Shown here in pieces: positions 50,359 through 60,113 of a stretch of 64,000 nucleotides of DNA. The notes beneath the pieces are model-generated. The model was not told where the DNA came from. It saw only the letters and a list, made by a program, of their open reading frames with translations, and did no database searches. The stretch is from the NCBI GenBank assembly GCA_963777605.1, contig CAVZRV010000010.1, positions 256,001-320,000 of the forward strand, given 5' to 3'. The translations under genes and the position numbers were made by a program. Each line of letters starts with the position of its first letter. The first letter of the stretch is position 1. The DNA is from an uncultured Acidobacteriota bacterium. GTDB taxonomy: Bacteria; Acidobacteriota; UBA6911; RPQK01; JAPXNP01.

Positions 50359-50964
50359 GAAGTGAACCTTCTCAGGGTGTGCTGCCGAAATCACCTTCGG
50401 AGCGAAATCTGAATCGTCTCTCCGTGCCCAGTCCGCCAGCGGGCGCACGAAGCCCCCGGGCAAAGCCTCCGGCGGGGGCCAAACCCCTAACCCCATCTAG
50501 TATTAACGAACGAGTTGGAAAAAGTGCGAAGAGACCGCGGGAAGAATGTGAAAAAGGTGCCGTTTGCAGGGAGAGGAAGCGAAAGGACCTCTGGGAGCAA
50601 GGATGTAGAGACAACCCAGGGAGAGGCGGCTCTCCATCCCAGTTTGGGCAACATACCCCTCAATCCAGGATTCTTGATCTCCGGTTTGTTCTGAAACAGT
50701 CCGCCACCGGGACTAAATCGCACTTTCAGCACTTTCAGTGCTCCATTGCCGTCCCGGCTCCCATTCCCGGGGCGTTGCCGCCGGGCTAAAGATGACCCTG
50801 CGCAGTTGTTTGTGCGCTCATCTGGCGATGCTTCACCGGTTTCACTCTGCGGATGATCTCCGCAGCGCGGAGGGCGGGGCTGACCTGCAGACAAGTCCCG
50901 ACGAAAGATCGTAGAATTGGTCCTCGCGGTTTAATGGGATGGGAACGTTCCTGGATCACGGATA

Positions 50965-51582
50965 ATGACATTTGCAACGCATTCGACTCGACGCCTCGCT
51001 GCCGACCTGGACCTCAACACGGATACTCTCGCGACGGGACCGTATTCCCGGATGTCGACCCGTTTTCGGAAGTCCTTCTTCATGTTCGGGGTCGAAATCG
51101 TGGACGTCAGAATCCGCTTTGGCATGCAGACGGCAGATCGCCTCGAGGCTGCCGCCCGCTCCAACGGTTCGGGAAACCGCACGGTCGATCGGCTTGCCGA
51201 AATTGCGCTTCGGTCAGAGGATGCCCTGGTCGAGATCCACTTCCTGAGGCCCGTAAACCTGGGACTGTTCCTTGGCGAATTGAAGCGCAATTCCAGGGCG
51301 GTCTACGAATGCGGCCTCATCGACCTCGATCTCTACCAGGAAATTGCGAGCAGCCTGACCAGCTGGTACTCCTTCCTCAATGGCCGTGGAGTCCGAGCAA
51401 ACGACCGCATGATTTACCGGATCGAAGGCGAAGGCTTCCGGGTTGTCTACCAGTCCGGCGACGCCCGGGTCCTTTTCGACCGCTGCTACGAGGGACCGAA
51501 GCGGCGTTTGGCAATCCTTGGCGCCTACTTTCACTCCGGGTCTGAGTTCCGGAATCCCTTGATCCGTTCCGTGCTGGCCTAG
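50965..51582 (+). CDS. Hypothetical protein (205 aa)
   Basis: ATG ORF with host-like codon usage. No motif recognised. Confidence 0.65.
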   Translation: MTFATHSTRRLAADLDLNTDTLATGPYSRMSTRFRKSFFMFGVEIVDVRIRFGMQTADRLEAAARSNGSGNRTVDRLAEIALRSEDALVEIHFLRPVNLGLFLGELKRNSRAVYECGLIDLDLYQEIASSLTSWYSFLNGRGVRANDRMIYRIEGEGFRVVYQSGDARVLFDRCYEGPKRRLAILGAYFHSGSEFRNPLIRSVLA

Positions 51583-51762
51583 GAATATGTTTCCAAGACC
51601 CGCGAACGCCTCTAATCTGGATCACTGCTGCTCCGGGAATTTCCAGGTCGCCAGAGAAAGACTTGCTTGAATCAGACTTCCAGTGTAAATCAGGACAAGG
51701 CCGCATCCTGACACGAGCAACCGCTCTGGACCGAATGAACTGCTGCCGAAAGGACTCACTGG

Positions 51763-53721
51763 ATGAAACGTGCGCGATCCCTCCGCTTCTTCGTTCTATT
51801 GGTGTTACTGGGGAGCCCCTCGCTGCGGGCTGCCGTTTCGCTTCCAGAGATCTTCTCTGACCACATGGTCTTGCAGCGTGACCGGGTCAACCCGGTCTGG
51901 GGTTGGGCGGGGCCGCGGGAACGCATCGCCATCGACATCGCCGGCCATCACTATGAGACGGTCGCCGACGAGAACGGGACCTGGCGCATCGACCTCGCCC
52001 CGATGGCAGCCGGTGGCCCATTTGTCCTCGGCGTTCGGGGGGAGAACCTGCTGCGGGTTGAAGATGTCCTGATCGGCGAAGTCTGGTTCGCTTCGGGCCA
52101 GTCCAACATGCAGTTCTCAGTCGGGTCGACCACCCGGGCCACGCGGACGATCGGGTCGAGCCTGAACCCAAACGTCCGCCTGTTCAAGGTGGTCCAGCAC
52201 AGCGCCCTGGAACCCAGGTCACATAACCCCTCGAAGTGGGAAAGCTGTTCCCCTGCAACGGTTCCCGGGTTCTCGGCAGTAGCCTATTTCTTTGGAAGCG
52301 AGATTCAGAAAAGCCTGGGCGTGCCGGTGGGATTGATTGATTCGAGTTGGGGTGGAACCAACGCAGAAGAATGGACCCGTCACCGGGAACTGGAGGCAAT
52401 TCCAATGTTTGAGGCCCTCCTTGAGCGCTGGAGAACAGTCCCGGAGGCCACCCGGCATCTCTTTTCGGGGAACTTCGAGGTGGAATTATCGCTCGACGAC
52501 CTGATCTTCCTGCCCGAGGATCCAAACGACCATCCGATGGCCCTGGACGACTTTCAGGACGGTGACCTGATCAACCGGCTCTTTGGCCGTTGGACCGCCA
52601 GCGCTCCAAGCCCGTGGGGGAGCCGAACCATGTCGGTGGACCAGGGAAGCAACCCCAGCCTGCATTTTGCGTCGAGTTCCCGGCCCGGAGGGGTCAACTC
52701 GGTCCGGGTGGACTACACGCCCGGCCGCTACATTGACCTGAGCCGTTATGGGGCACTCCAGTTTCGCTGTCGCGGTAAAGGTTTTCTGAAGGTCCGTTCG
52801 ATTCAGCCTGACGTGACCGACTCCGACGACTACGCGACCGGCATGATTCCCCTGACCTCGGACTGGCGAACCCTGACAGTCCACTTCGAAGAGCTGGCCC
52901 AGGCTGGATGGGGCAAGCAACAGTCATTCACCCGAAAACGACTCTCCGGGGCCGTTTTCGAGGTTCTGCCCGCCGAGTCGATGCCACGTCCCCCATCGGG
53001 ACTTTACAACGGCATGGTGGCTCCGTTCCTCCCGTTCAGCGTCAGAGGCGCCCTTTGGTACCAGGGCGAAGGAAACGCCGGACGTGCATACCAGTACCGC
53101 CACCTCCTGCCGACCATGATCGAAAGCTGGCGCTCTTCCTGGGGTGCACCGGAGCTCCCGTTCCTGGTCGTCCAGCTTCCCGGGTACCGGCAACGGGTCG
53201 CGGAGCCGTCTGACAGCGACTGGGCGGAACTGCGCGAGGCTCAGTTGATGACGGCACTATCGGATGATCGCGTTGACCTGGCGGTGACCATCGATCTCGG
53301 CGAAGATGACGACGTTCATCCTCGCGAGAAGGAGGAAGTAGGACACCGCCTCGCCCTGCTGGCGAGGAATCGTATCTACGGCCAGGAAGTCGTCGCCTCG
53401 GGCCCGGTCTATCGGTCCTTTGAGCGAGAAGGAAACGTGATTCGAATTCACTTTACCGGGATCGGTGGCGGCCTCGCGAGTGCGGGCGGCGACCCGTTGC
53501 GGGGATTTACGATCGCCGGCGACGACCAGCGGTTCCTGCCCGCCGAGGCCCGGATCGAAGGAGACACAGTCGTCGTTTCCGGCAGAGGGATCGACGCGCC
53601 GGCCGCGGTTCGCTACGCGTGGGCGGACAACCCCGATTGCAGCCTATATAACGCCGAGGGTCTCCCGGCCTCTCCATTTCGTACCGACGACTGGCCGGGA
53701 GTCACGTTCGACAAGCGCTGA
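51763..53721 (+). CDS. Sialate O-acetylesterase-like SGNH esterase with inserted carbohydrate-binding domain
   Basis: FSDHMVLQR, SGQSNM, WGGT, WYQGEGN and DVHP. Confidence 0.9.
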   Translation: MKRARSLRFFVLLVLLGSPSLRAAVSLPEIFSDHMVLQRDRVNPVWGWAGPRERIAIDIAGHHYETVADENGTWRIDLAPMAAGGPFVLGVRGENLLRVEDVLIGEVWFASGQSNMQFSVGSTTRATRTIGSSLNPNVRLFKVVQHSALEPRSHNPSKWESCSPATVPGFSAVAYFFGSEIQKSLGVPVGLIDSSWGGTNAEEWTRHRELEAIPMFEALLERWRTVPEATRHLFSGNFEVELSLDDLIFLPEDPNDHPMALDDFQDGDLINRLFGRWTASAPSPWGSRTMSVDQGSNPSLHFASSSRPGGVNSVRVDYTPGRYIDLSRYGALQFRCRGKGFLKVRSIQPDVTDSDDYATGMIPLTSDWRTLTVHFEELAQAGWGKQQSFTRKRLSGAVFEVLPAESMPRPPSGLYNGMVAPFLPFSVRGALWYQGEGNAGRAYQYRHLLPTMIESWRSSWGAPELPFLVVQLPGYRQRVAEPSDSDWAELREAQLMTALSDDRVDLAVTIDLGEDDDVHPREKEEVGHRLALLARNRIYGQEVVASGPVYRSFEREGNVIRIHFTGIGGGLASAGGDPLRGFTIAGDDQRFLPAEARIEGDTVVVSGRGIDAPAAVRYAWADNPDCSLYNAEGLPASPFRTDDWPGVTFDKR

Positions 53722-53741
53722 GCTGGAAGGAGGCACGTTCT

Positions 53742-55871
53742 ATGAGAATGAAACACGCCTTGTCATCGCTCTTCCTCGTTATTCTGCTGACGGTAATTGC
53801 GCCGGCCGAAACCCGGCAGCGGTTCGACACGATTCTCTACGGAGCCTCCTACTACCACGAGTACATGCCCTACGATCGCCTCGACCAGGATGTCGAGCTG
53901 ATGAAACAGGCCGGCATCACCGTCGTCCGACTCGGAGAATCGACCTGGTCGAGCTGGGAACCTGAACCGGGCCAATTCAAGTTCGAGTGGATGGAGCGGA
54001 TCCTCGACCGGCTCCATGAGGCCGGCATCAAGGTGATCCTGGGAACCGCGACTTACTCCATCCCGCCGTGGCTTTACCGGCTTCACCCTGAGATTCTCGT
54101 CTTTCGACTCACCGAAGCGCCTCCTACCAACCGCGATGGTTACTCCACATACCCGGGCCGCACAACGCCGGGTGCCTACGGTCCTCGCCAGAACATGGAC
54201 ATCACGCATCCCGCCTACCGTTACTACGCGGAGCGGCTGATCCGCCAGGTGATCGCTCACTTCAAGGACCATCCTGCCGTCATCGGATACCAAATCGACA
54301 ACGAGACCCATCCACCGGGCTTTCCAACCGAGAACACGCAGAAACTCTTTGCCGACTACCTCCAGGAGAAATTTCATACCGTGGACCGGCTCAACCAGAT
54401 CTGGGGTCTGACCTACTGGGGCCAACTGATCGGGAACTGGAGGGAGCTTCCACCGATCGACGGCATACTGAACCCCGGCTTCAAGCTGGAATGGGAACGC
54501 TTCCAGCGTAAGACGGTGACCGACTTCCTGGCCTGGCAGGCGGCCATCGTGCGGGAATACGCGCGCCCGGACCAGTTCATCACGCACAATTTCATCGGAG
54601 GCGTGCGAACCGACATCGATCAGCCCGCGATCGCCCGCTTCCTCGACATCTCCGCCGTCAACCCCTACCACCGGGTACAGGACGAGCTGGACGGCGAGGC
54701 CATTGCACTCTCCGGGGATCTCAACCGGTCCCTCAAACAGGCCAACTACCTCGTGACGGAGACCAACGCGCAGGGGATCGGGTGGGATTCGCGCGGCCAG
54801 CAACCCCCGTACGACGGGCAACTTCGCCTCAGTTTCTACAGCCACGTCTCGAGTGGGGCCAACCTGGTGGCTTACTGGCACTGGCACTCGCTGCACTACG
54901 GCCAGGAGACGTACTGGAAGGGGATCCTGTCCCACGACCTGGAACCGAACCGTGCCTACCGGGAAGTCAGCCGCATCGCCCAGGAACTGAAGACGCAGGG
55001 ACCCCGGCTCGCCAACCTCCGGATCAAGAACCGGGTGGCGATCCTCTCAAGTGTCGATTCCTTCCAGGGCCTTCGCTTCATGCGGTTCAGCGACCGCGTG
55101 AACTACATGACCGTGCTCAGCCAGCTTCACAGGGCCCTCTATCAACTGAACGCCGGGTGCGACTTCGTATTCCCCAAAACGGAGAATCTCTCCAGGTACC
55201 GGGTGATCCTGGTTCCGCCGCTCTATGTCGCCGACGACGCCCTGCTCGAGAGGCTTTCCGACTACGTCGAAGGGGGAGGACACCTGCTGATGTGTTTCAA
55301 GAGTGGATTTACCAACGAGTTCTCTACCGTCCGGTGGGAACGGGCACCGGGGCCCCTCCGGAAAGCCGCCGGCTTCAGCTACCAGGAATTTTCCAGCCTG
55401 ACCAAACCGCTTCCGCTGGCCGGCGATCCCTTCCGGGCCGGCGATGAGAACCGGGCCTCGGTCTGGGCCGAGTTCCTCCTCCCGGAAACGGCCGACGTGC
55501 TGGCCCGTTACGATCATGTCTTTTTCGGCCAGTTCCCGGCTATCACCCGGAACCGATTCGGGAAGGGTTCATTGACTTACGAGGGAACCTGCCTGACCGA
55601 CCTGCTCCAGAAGAAGCTTGTGAAAGATGTGCTCGAGCTGGCGTCCCTGACCGGGCCCGATCAGGACTTGCCTGCTCCGGTCCGGGTCAAGCATGCCATC
55701 TCATCCGATGGAAGACCGGTTCACTTCTACCTGAACTACTCGGGCGACCGACAGCGATTCTCATACAGCTACCAGGACGGCAGCGAAAGCCTGAGCGGAG
55801 GCAAAGTCAACCGGGGACAGGAACTCTCCGTCGGGCCCTGGGACCTGGCGATCGTCATCGAAGAGCCATGA
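53742..55871 (+). CDS. GH42 beta-galactosidase
   Basis: YGASYYHE, WSSWEP, QIDNE acid/base, VTET nucleophile region and trimerisation domain. Confidence 0.92.
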   Translation: MRMKHALSSLFLVILLTVIAPAETRQRFDTILYGASYYHEYMPYDRLDQDVELMKQAGITVVRLGESTWSSWEPEPGQFKFEWMERILDRLHEAGIKVILGTATYSIPPWLYRLHPEILVFRLTEAPPTNRDGYSTYPGRTTPGAYGPRQNMDITHPAYRYYAERLIRQVIAHFKDHPAVIGYQIDNETHPPGFPTENTQKLFADYLQEKFHTVDRLNQIWGLTYWGQLIGNWRELPPIDGILNPGFKLEWERFQRKTVTDFLAWQAAIVREYARPDQFITHNFIGGVRTDIDQPAIARFLDISAVNPYHRVQDELDGEAIALSGDLNRSLKQANYLVTETNAQGIGWDSRGQQPPYDGQLRLSFYSHVSSGANLVAYWHWHSLHYGQETYWKGILSHDLEPNRAYREVSRIAQELKTQGPRLANLRIKNRVAILSSVDSFQGLRFMRFSDRVNYMTVLSQLHRALYQLNAGCDFVFPKTENLSRYRVILVPPLYVADDALLERLSDYVEGGGHLLMCFKSGFTNEFSTVRWERAPGPLRKAAGFSYQEFSSLTKPLPLAGDPFRAGDENRASVWAEFLLPETADVLARYDHVFFGQFPAITRNRFGKGSLTYEGTCLTDLLQKKLVKDVLELASLTGPDQDLPAPVRVKHAISSDGRPVHFYLNYSGDRQRFSYSYQDGSESLSGGKVNRGQELSVGPWDLAIVIEEP

Positions 55872-55890
55872 CGACCGGCTTCGATCCGAC

Positions 55891-58323
55891 TCAGAAGCTC
55901 AGGAAATAGGAGACTTTGAAAAAGAGCTGCCAGCTGTCACTGGCGAGGCTCGACCAAGGCACCAGAATCGAATCGGCTTCACGAGCCAGGAGGTACCGGT
56001 TCCGCAGGTTGCTGTTGTAGCCCAGGTAGAAGGCAGTCCACGGATTGACCTGGTAGGTGACAAGCATATCGAAATTCAGATTCCGTCGCGTTTCCAGTTC
56101 GGTGAACTCCTGGTTGGCCAACACCGCGTCGTACTGAACGATCAGGCGGGCTGAGAGGGGTCGGCTGAACTGCCAGTTGGTTTTCACCCGGGCAATGTGA
56201 TTGTTGAAAACGCTTTGCCCCGAACCGCGCTCGAGAACCCGTGCCAGCAGGTAGGTTCCCTGAACACGTACGGACCGGCCTGGATAGAACGTCAGCTGAA
56301 GGTTCCCCTCTGTAGAATCGCTCAGCCTGGGTGGACGGCCCGCGGCTGGGACCAGGTTCACGAGAGTACCCTGCGCAAACTCCCCCTGGATGCCAACGTT
56401 CTGCCAGTAATTCGAACTCCAGAAGAACCCGTTTCGACCGCTCGAAAACCTCGACCGCTCCGTCAGGCTGTCGAAGTCGTCGGGACTCAGCCGCTCCACC
56501 GTACCTGTATAGAACAGGCCCAGGTTCGTCTGCCCGATCAACTCCGCATTGAAGTCGAGGCTGTAGAGCATATCCAGCGGTTCGCCGGCATGATTCCAGG
56601 TCGGGTTCACGTTCACATCTGGACCGAACGCGATCAAGGTCTTCCCTTCGGGCCGAAAACGATAGCTTAGAAATTGTCGAACTCCCCGAATATCGCGACG
56701 CAGTGGCACTCTCCGGATTCGCGGACTGCCCGGCCTCGACGTCCTCGTTGACCCGGGCAGGTAGCCGGTGAGGGTTTGAAAGCCGGGGCTCCGGTCGTTG
56801 TATTCGAACGTGTAGGAGAGTTTCCTCCCGGTTCGCTGTATGGACCCGTCGTAGGCCGGTCCTGCCGAGGTGACTCCATCGATGTCTCGGGTTGAACTGG
56901 TCACTCCCTGGAATGCGGCCACCCAGTTCTGGCTGAGCTTGAATCGCCCGTCAATGCCTCCAACACGATTGTACGACTCGTCGAATTCCCGATTCGTGAA
57001 TATCACTCCGACGGTGGATTGTCTGCCGATCTCCCGGTTGACCCGAAAGACACCGTAGTAGGTCCGCTTGCCCGAGAGCGGGTCGTCCTCAGGCACCGCC
57101 TTGCCCGCAGCTTGATCGTCAGCGAGCAGCAGGCCGATTGCGGTCTTACCGACTTTGCCGGTCAGTCGTCCCCCGAACTCGGGGTCTGCGATCCGACGCG
57201 TGAAAAGGAGGTTCATAGGAGTCTCAAAGTAGCTCGCATTCTCCAGGAAGAAAGGCCGTTTCTCGGGAAAGAAGACCTCGAAACGCTGGTTCACAGTGAC
57301 CTGGGGTTCGTCCGACTCAACCTGGTTGAAGTCGGGATTGAGGGCTACATCGAGCACGAGGCTGTCCCGGAATACCATCTTCAGATCAACCCCCGCGTCA
57401 AAGTCAGCGCTCTCTCGAACGAACGTGGGCTCCCCCTGTTCGGAAAGGGCCCGATACGAGCGGAAAAATCCGTACGGAATTGCCTGAATGTTCCGTCCCG
57501 GCGAGACATTTTCGAGACCTTCGAGAGTTGCCTCCTGGTTCAGCCTGCCTTCGATCCTGCTGGTCACGCGGGGCCAGAACGAACCTTCGTTTGCCCGCGG
57601 AATGAAGCGAGTCAAAATAATTCCCCACTTAAGCTGCCGGGTAGCCGGGAAACGAAGGCTTTTGAAAGGGATCGCCATCATCGCGACGTAGCCCTGGTCG
57701 GTCAGTCTCCCGTCTGACTTCCAGATCGTGTCGAACGAAGCGTCATACTGACCGGTCTCCCGTTCCGTCCACATGGCGTCCAGCTGTATACCCAGCGGGT
57801 TTAGCGTAAAGGCGTACGCTCGCAGCTGGTCGTCGAAGGTATCGAGGAAGAGATCCACCCGGTCGTCCCGGGTGATGTCCTCACGGCGGGACATCCGGGC
57901 CCGAATCTTCTCCGGCTCGCTGTCAAAACAGACATAGATCGCGTAGAAGTAATCGTCGTCGTAGCCGACATAGGCTTCGGTTTTCTGAGAGGCGGGTTCC
58001 CCGTCTCGCGGAATCCACTGGACGAATCCATCAACTTTGGTCAGTTCCCGGGCGAGATCGGGAGGTGGCTTCATCCCGGTGAAATCACTAATCTCAGGGG
58101 GACGGGAGAGCCGGTTGACCGTGATCGAGACTCTTCCCGTCGTAGACGTTTCGGCCACAGAAAGATCGACAAATGTGAGCAGCACCAGCAAACAGAGCGC
58201 GAGCCGCCGATGGCCCCTCCGGAGACACCCGTCCGCTCGTACAGCTTGAGTGCATGAATAGAACATGAGCCAAACCACCCCAGCAAAAGCAACACCATCG
58301 CCTGCACGCACCACGCGCTTCAA
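55891..58323 (-). CDS. CBM9-like plus DUF5916 protein (probable outer-membrane)
   Basis: IPFKSLRF, NPDFNQVESD, RFEVFFPEKRPFFLE and terminal aromatic KVSYFLSF. Start uncertain. Confidence 0.85.
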   Translation of the reverse strand: MKRVVRAGDGVAFAGVVWLMFYSCTQAVRADGCLRRGHRRLALCLLVLLTFVDLSVAETSTTGRVSITVNRLSRPPEISDFTGMKPPPDLARELTKVDGFVQWIPRDGEPASQKTEAYVGYDDDYFYAIYVCFDSEPEKIRARMSRREDITRDDRVDLFLDTFDDQLRAYAFTLNPLGIQLDAMWTERETGQYDASFDTIWKSDGRLTDQGYVAMMAIPFKSLRFPATRQLKWGIILTRFIPRANEGSFWPRVTSRIEGRLNQEATLEGLENVSPGRNIQAIPYGFFRSYRALSEQGEPTFVRESADFDAGVDLKMVFRDSLVLDVALNPDFNQVESDEPQVTVNQRFEVFFPEKRPFFLENASYFETPMNLLFTRRIADPEFGGRLTGKVGKTAIGLLLADDQAAGKAVPEDDPLSGKRTYYGVFRVNREIGRQSTVGVIFTNREFDESYNRVGGIDGRFKLSQNWVAAFQGVTSSTRDIDGVTSAGPAYDGSIQRTGRKLSYTFEYNDRSPGFQTLTGYLPGSTRTSRPGSPRIRRVPLRRDIRGVRQFLSYRFRPEGKTLIAFGPDVNVNPTWNHAGEPLDMLYSLDFNAELIGQTNLGLFYTGTVERLSPDDFDSLTERSRFSSGRNGFFWSSNYWQNVGIQGEFAQGTLVNLVPAAGRPPRLSDSTEGNLQLTFYPGRSVRVQGTYLLARVLERGSGQSVFNNHIARVKTNWQFSRPLSARLIVQYDAVLANQEFTELETRRNLNFDMLVTYQVNPWTAFYLGYNSNLRNRYLLAREADSILVPWSSLASDSWQLFFKVSYFLSF

Positions 58324-58434
58324 GCTCTCACAGCGTCAAAGAGCATATCACCCGATCAGTCTGAAACGATTCTTTCTCTCTCCGCATAACAGAATTAAGA
58401 GGCGTTCTTACTATCCTGAACCACAGGAGTTGAT

Positions 58435-59370
58435 ATGGAAGCGACCGATTTTGAACGAGTTGCCATCCTGGGAGCCACTGGTCCGACGGGCCGACACCTG
58501 GCCGCAAGGTGCCGGGCTGATGGCCTGCGCGTCAGGGTGGTTTCACGAAACCTGCGCCACCTCGAGGAGGTCTTTCCCGGCGACGACATTGAACGAGTCC
58601 AAGCCGATCTGCTTGATCAAGACGCCACGACCAGGGCCGTTGATGGACAAGACCTTTTGTTCGACTGTGTCGGCCTCCCGCCGGATCTGATGGCGGCTCA
58701 CCCGAAAGTTGCACGGAATATCTCCAGGGCAATTCAGCCGCAGAGAATACCCTGTTACCAGATATCGAGCTTCTGGTCGTATCTCCCGGTCACGAGCCTG
58801 CCCCTGAGCGAGTCCCATCCCAGATCTGGAGGATCAGACTGGATCCGATACCGAAGAGGTGCTGAGGACCTGCTCCTGGCGGCCGGCGCCTCGATCCTGC
58901 ACCTCCCTGATTTCTACGGTCCGTGGGTACACACGAGCGTCCTGCAGAATGCCCTCCAAGAAGCCTTCGAAGGTAAGGTAGTCAACTGGATGGGGCCTCC
59001 GGACCTGCCCCGCGAACACGTCCACGTCGAGGATGCCATCGATGCTGCGCTGCGCCTCGCCCGCGCCGCTCCAGACCCGGGGCGCTGGATCGTTCCGGGG
59101 TCCGGCCCCCTTTCCGGAAACGAACTGACGGGTATCCTTCGCCGCTTGCTCGGCGAGAAAGTCAGAATCCGAACCGCGGGATTCTGGACTCTAAGAATGG
59201 TCAGCCTCTTCAACCGCGACCTTCGCGGCTTCATGCAAATGGTCCCCCACTACCTCAAACCGATCTCCTATGATGCGTCCAAGCTGGAAGGATCGATTGG
59301 AAAAATAACCACCAAGTCCTACGAATCAGGAATTGCAGAGACCCTGGCATGGCTCAAACAGGAGGGGTGA
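58435..59370 (+). CDS. NAD-dependent epimerase/dehydratase family protein
   Basis: ILGATGPTG and PDFYGP. Confidence 0.88.
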   Translation: MEATDFERVAILGATGPTGRHLAARCRADGLRVRVVSRNLRHLEEVFPGDDIERVQADLLDQDATTRAVDGQDLLFDCVGLPPDLMAAHPKVARNISRAIQPQRIPCYQISSFWSYLPVTSLPLSESHPRSGGSDWIRYRRGAEDLLLAAGASILHLPDFYGPWVHTSVLQNALQEAFEGKVVNWMGPPDLPREHVHVEDAIDAALRLARAAPDPGRWIVPGSGPLSGNELTGILRRLLGEKVRIRTAGFWTLRMVSLFNRDLRGFMQMVPHYLKPISYDASKLEGSIGKITTKSYESGIAETLAWLKQEG

Positions 59371-59469
59371 CAGGGAACGGAACATGCCACAGTTACCGCC
59401 GGGCCACACCGCTGGAGGCCAACCTCCAACCACCGCGATCTGCTGCGATCTTCTCCTGAAATGAAATAA

Positions 59470-60075
59470 TCAACAGACCGGCATGCGCACGATCGTCCGC
59501 TGCGATTCGGGTAACGCATCACGCGGGTCGCCCAGGTAAATTTCATGGTGGAGACCATGAAATGAGAGCCCGCGCTCACGGACATACTCGCTCATCTTCT
59601 CGACCGACTCGCGGACTTCCCCGGTACCGCCGAGATGGAGGACCTGCACACATCGTCCCTCGTGCAGATCGAGGACTCGAACCTTGGACACCTCCGGCTC
59701 GGCTCCTCGAACCCGGAGCGCATCGACAGCCGTGGCGACATGCTCCGGACGGACATAGTCCGGAATCCGCAGCAACAGACGCCAGTTCCAGTCGCTTCGG
59801 GGTTCAATGAAGAAATCGCCGGGCCCCATCACACCCCAGAAGAAGACCTCCAACAGCCCCATCAAATAGCTTCGACCCCGGCTTTCGAAATCGGACTGTG
59901 TCTGGCAGGCAACCGCCATCAGTGCGTCCAACCGCCTTCGATAAACCTCCTGCTCAGGGTCTCCCATGCCCTCGATCACGAGGTAGCGAGCGGCTGAGAC
60001 GTCGATAAGGCAAGGATCTGCCGATGCCTGGTACTCTTGATCGACACTCGAGAAAGCGTTTTCCGTTCCCGACAT
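59470..60075 (-). CDS. GyrI-like domain protein
   Basis: YLVIEG.GDP, EGRCVQVLH.G, HHEIYLGDPR and RTIVRMP. Confidence 0.85.
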   Translation of the reverse strand: MSGTENAFSSVDQEYQASADPCLIDVSAARYLVIEGMGDPEQEVYRRRLDALMAVACQTQSDFESRGRSYLMGLLEVFFWGVMGPGDFFIEPRSDWNWRLLLRIPDYVRPEHVATAVDALRVRGAEPEVSKVRVLDLHEGRCVQVLHLGGTGEVRESVEKMSEYVRERGLSFHGLHHEIYLGDPRDALPESQRTIVRMPVC

Positions 60076-60113
60076 ACTCCAACTCTACTACGGAAAGCTG
60101 GACTCGACAATTG

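Noticed and set aside
50455-50495. GCAAAGCCTCCGG resembling part of a c-di-GMP-I riboswitch
   Set aside because: The upstream GGCAAA stem with GAAA tetraloop and the downstream pairing are missing.
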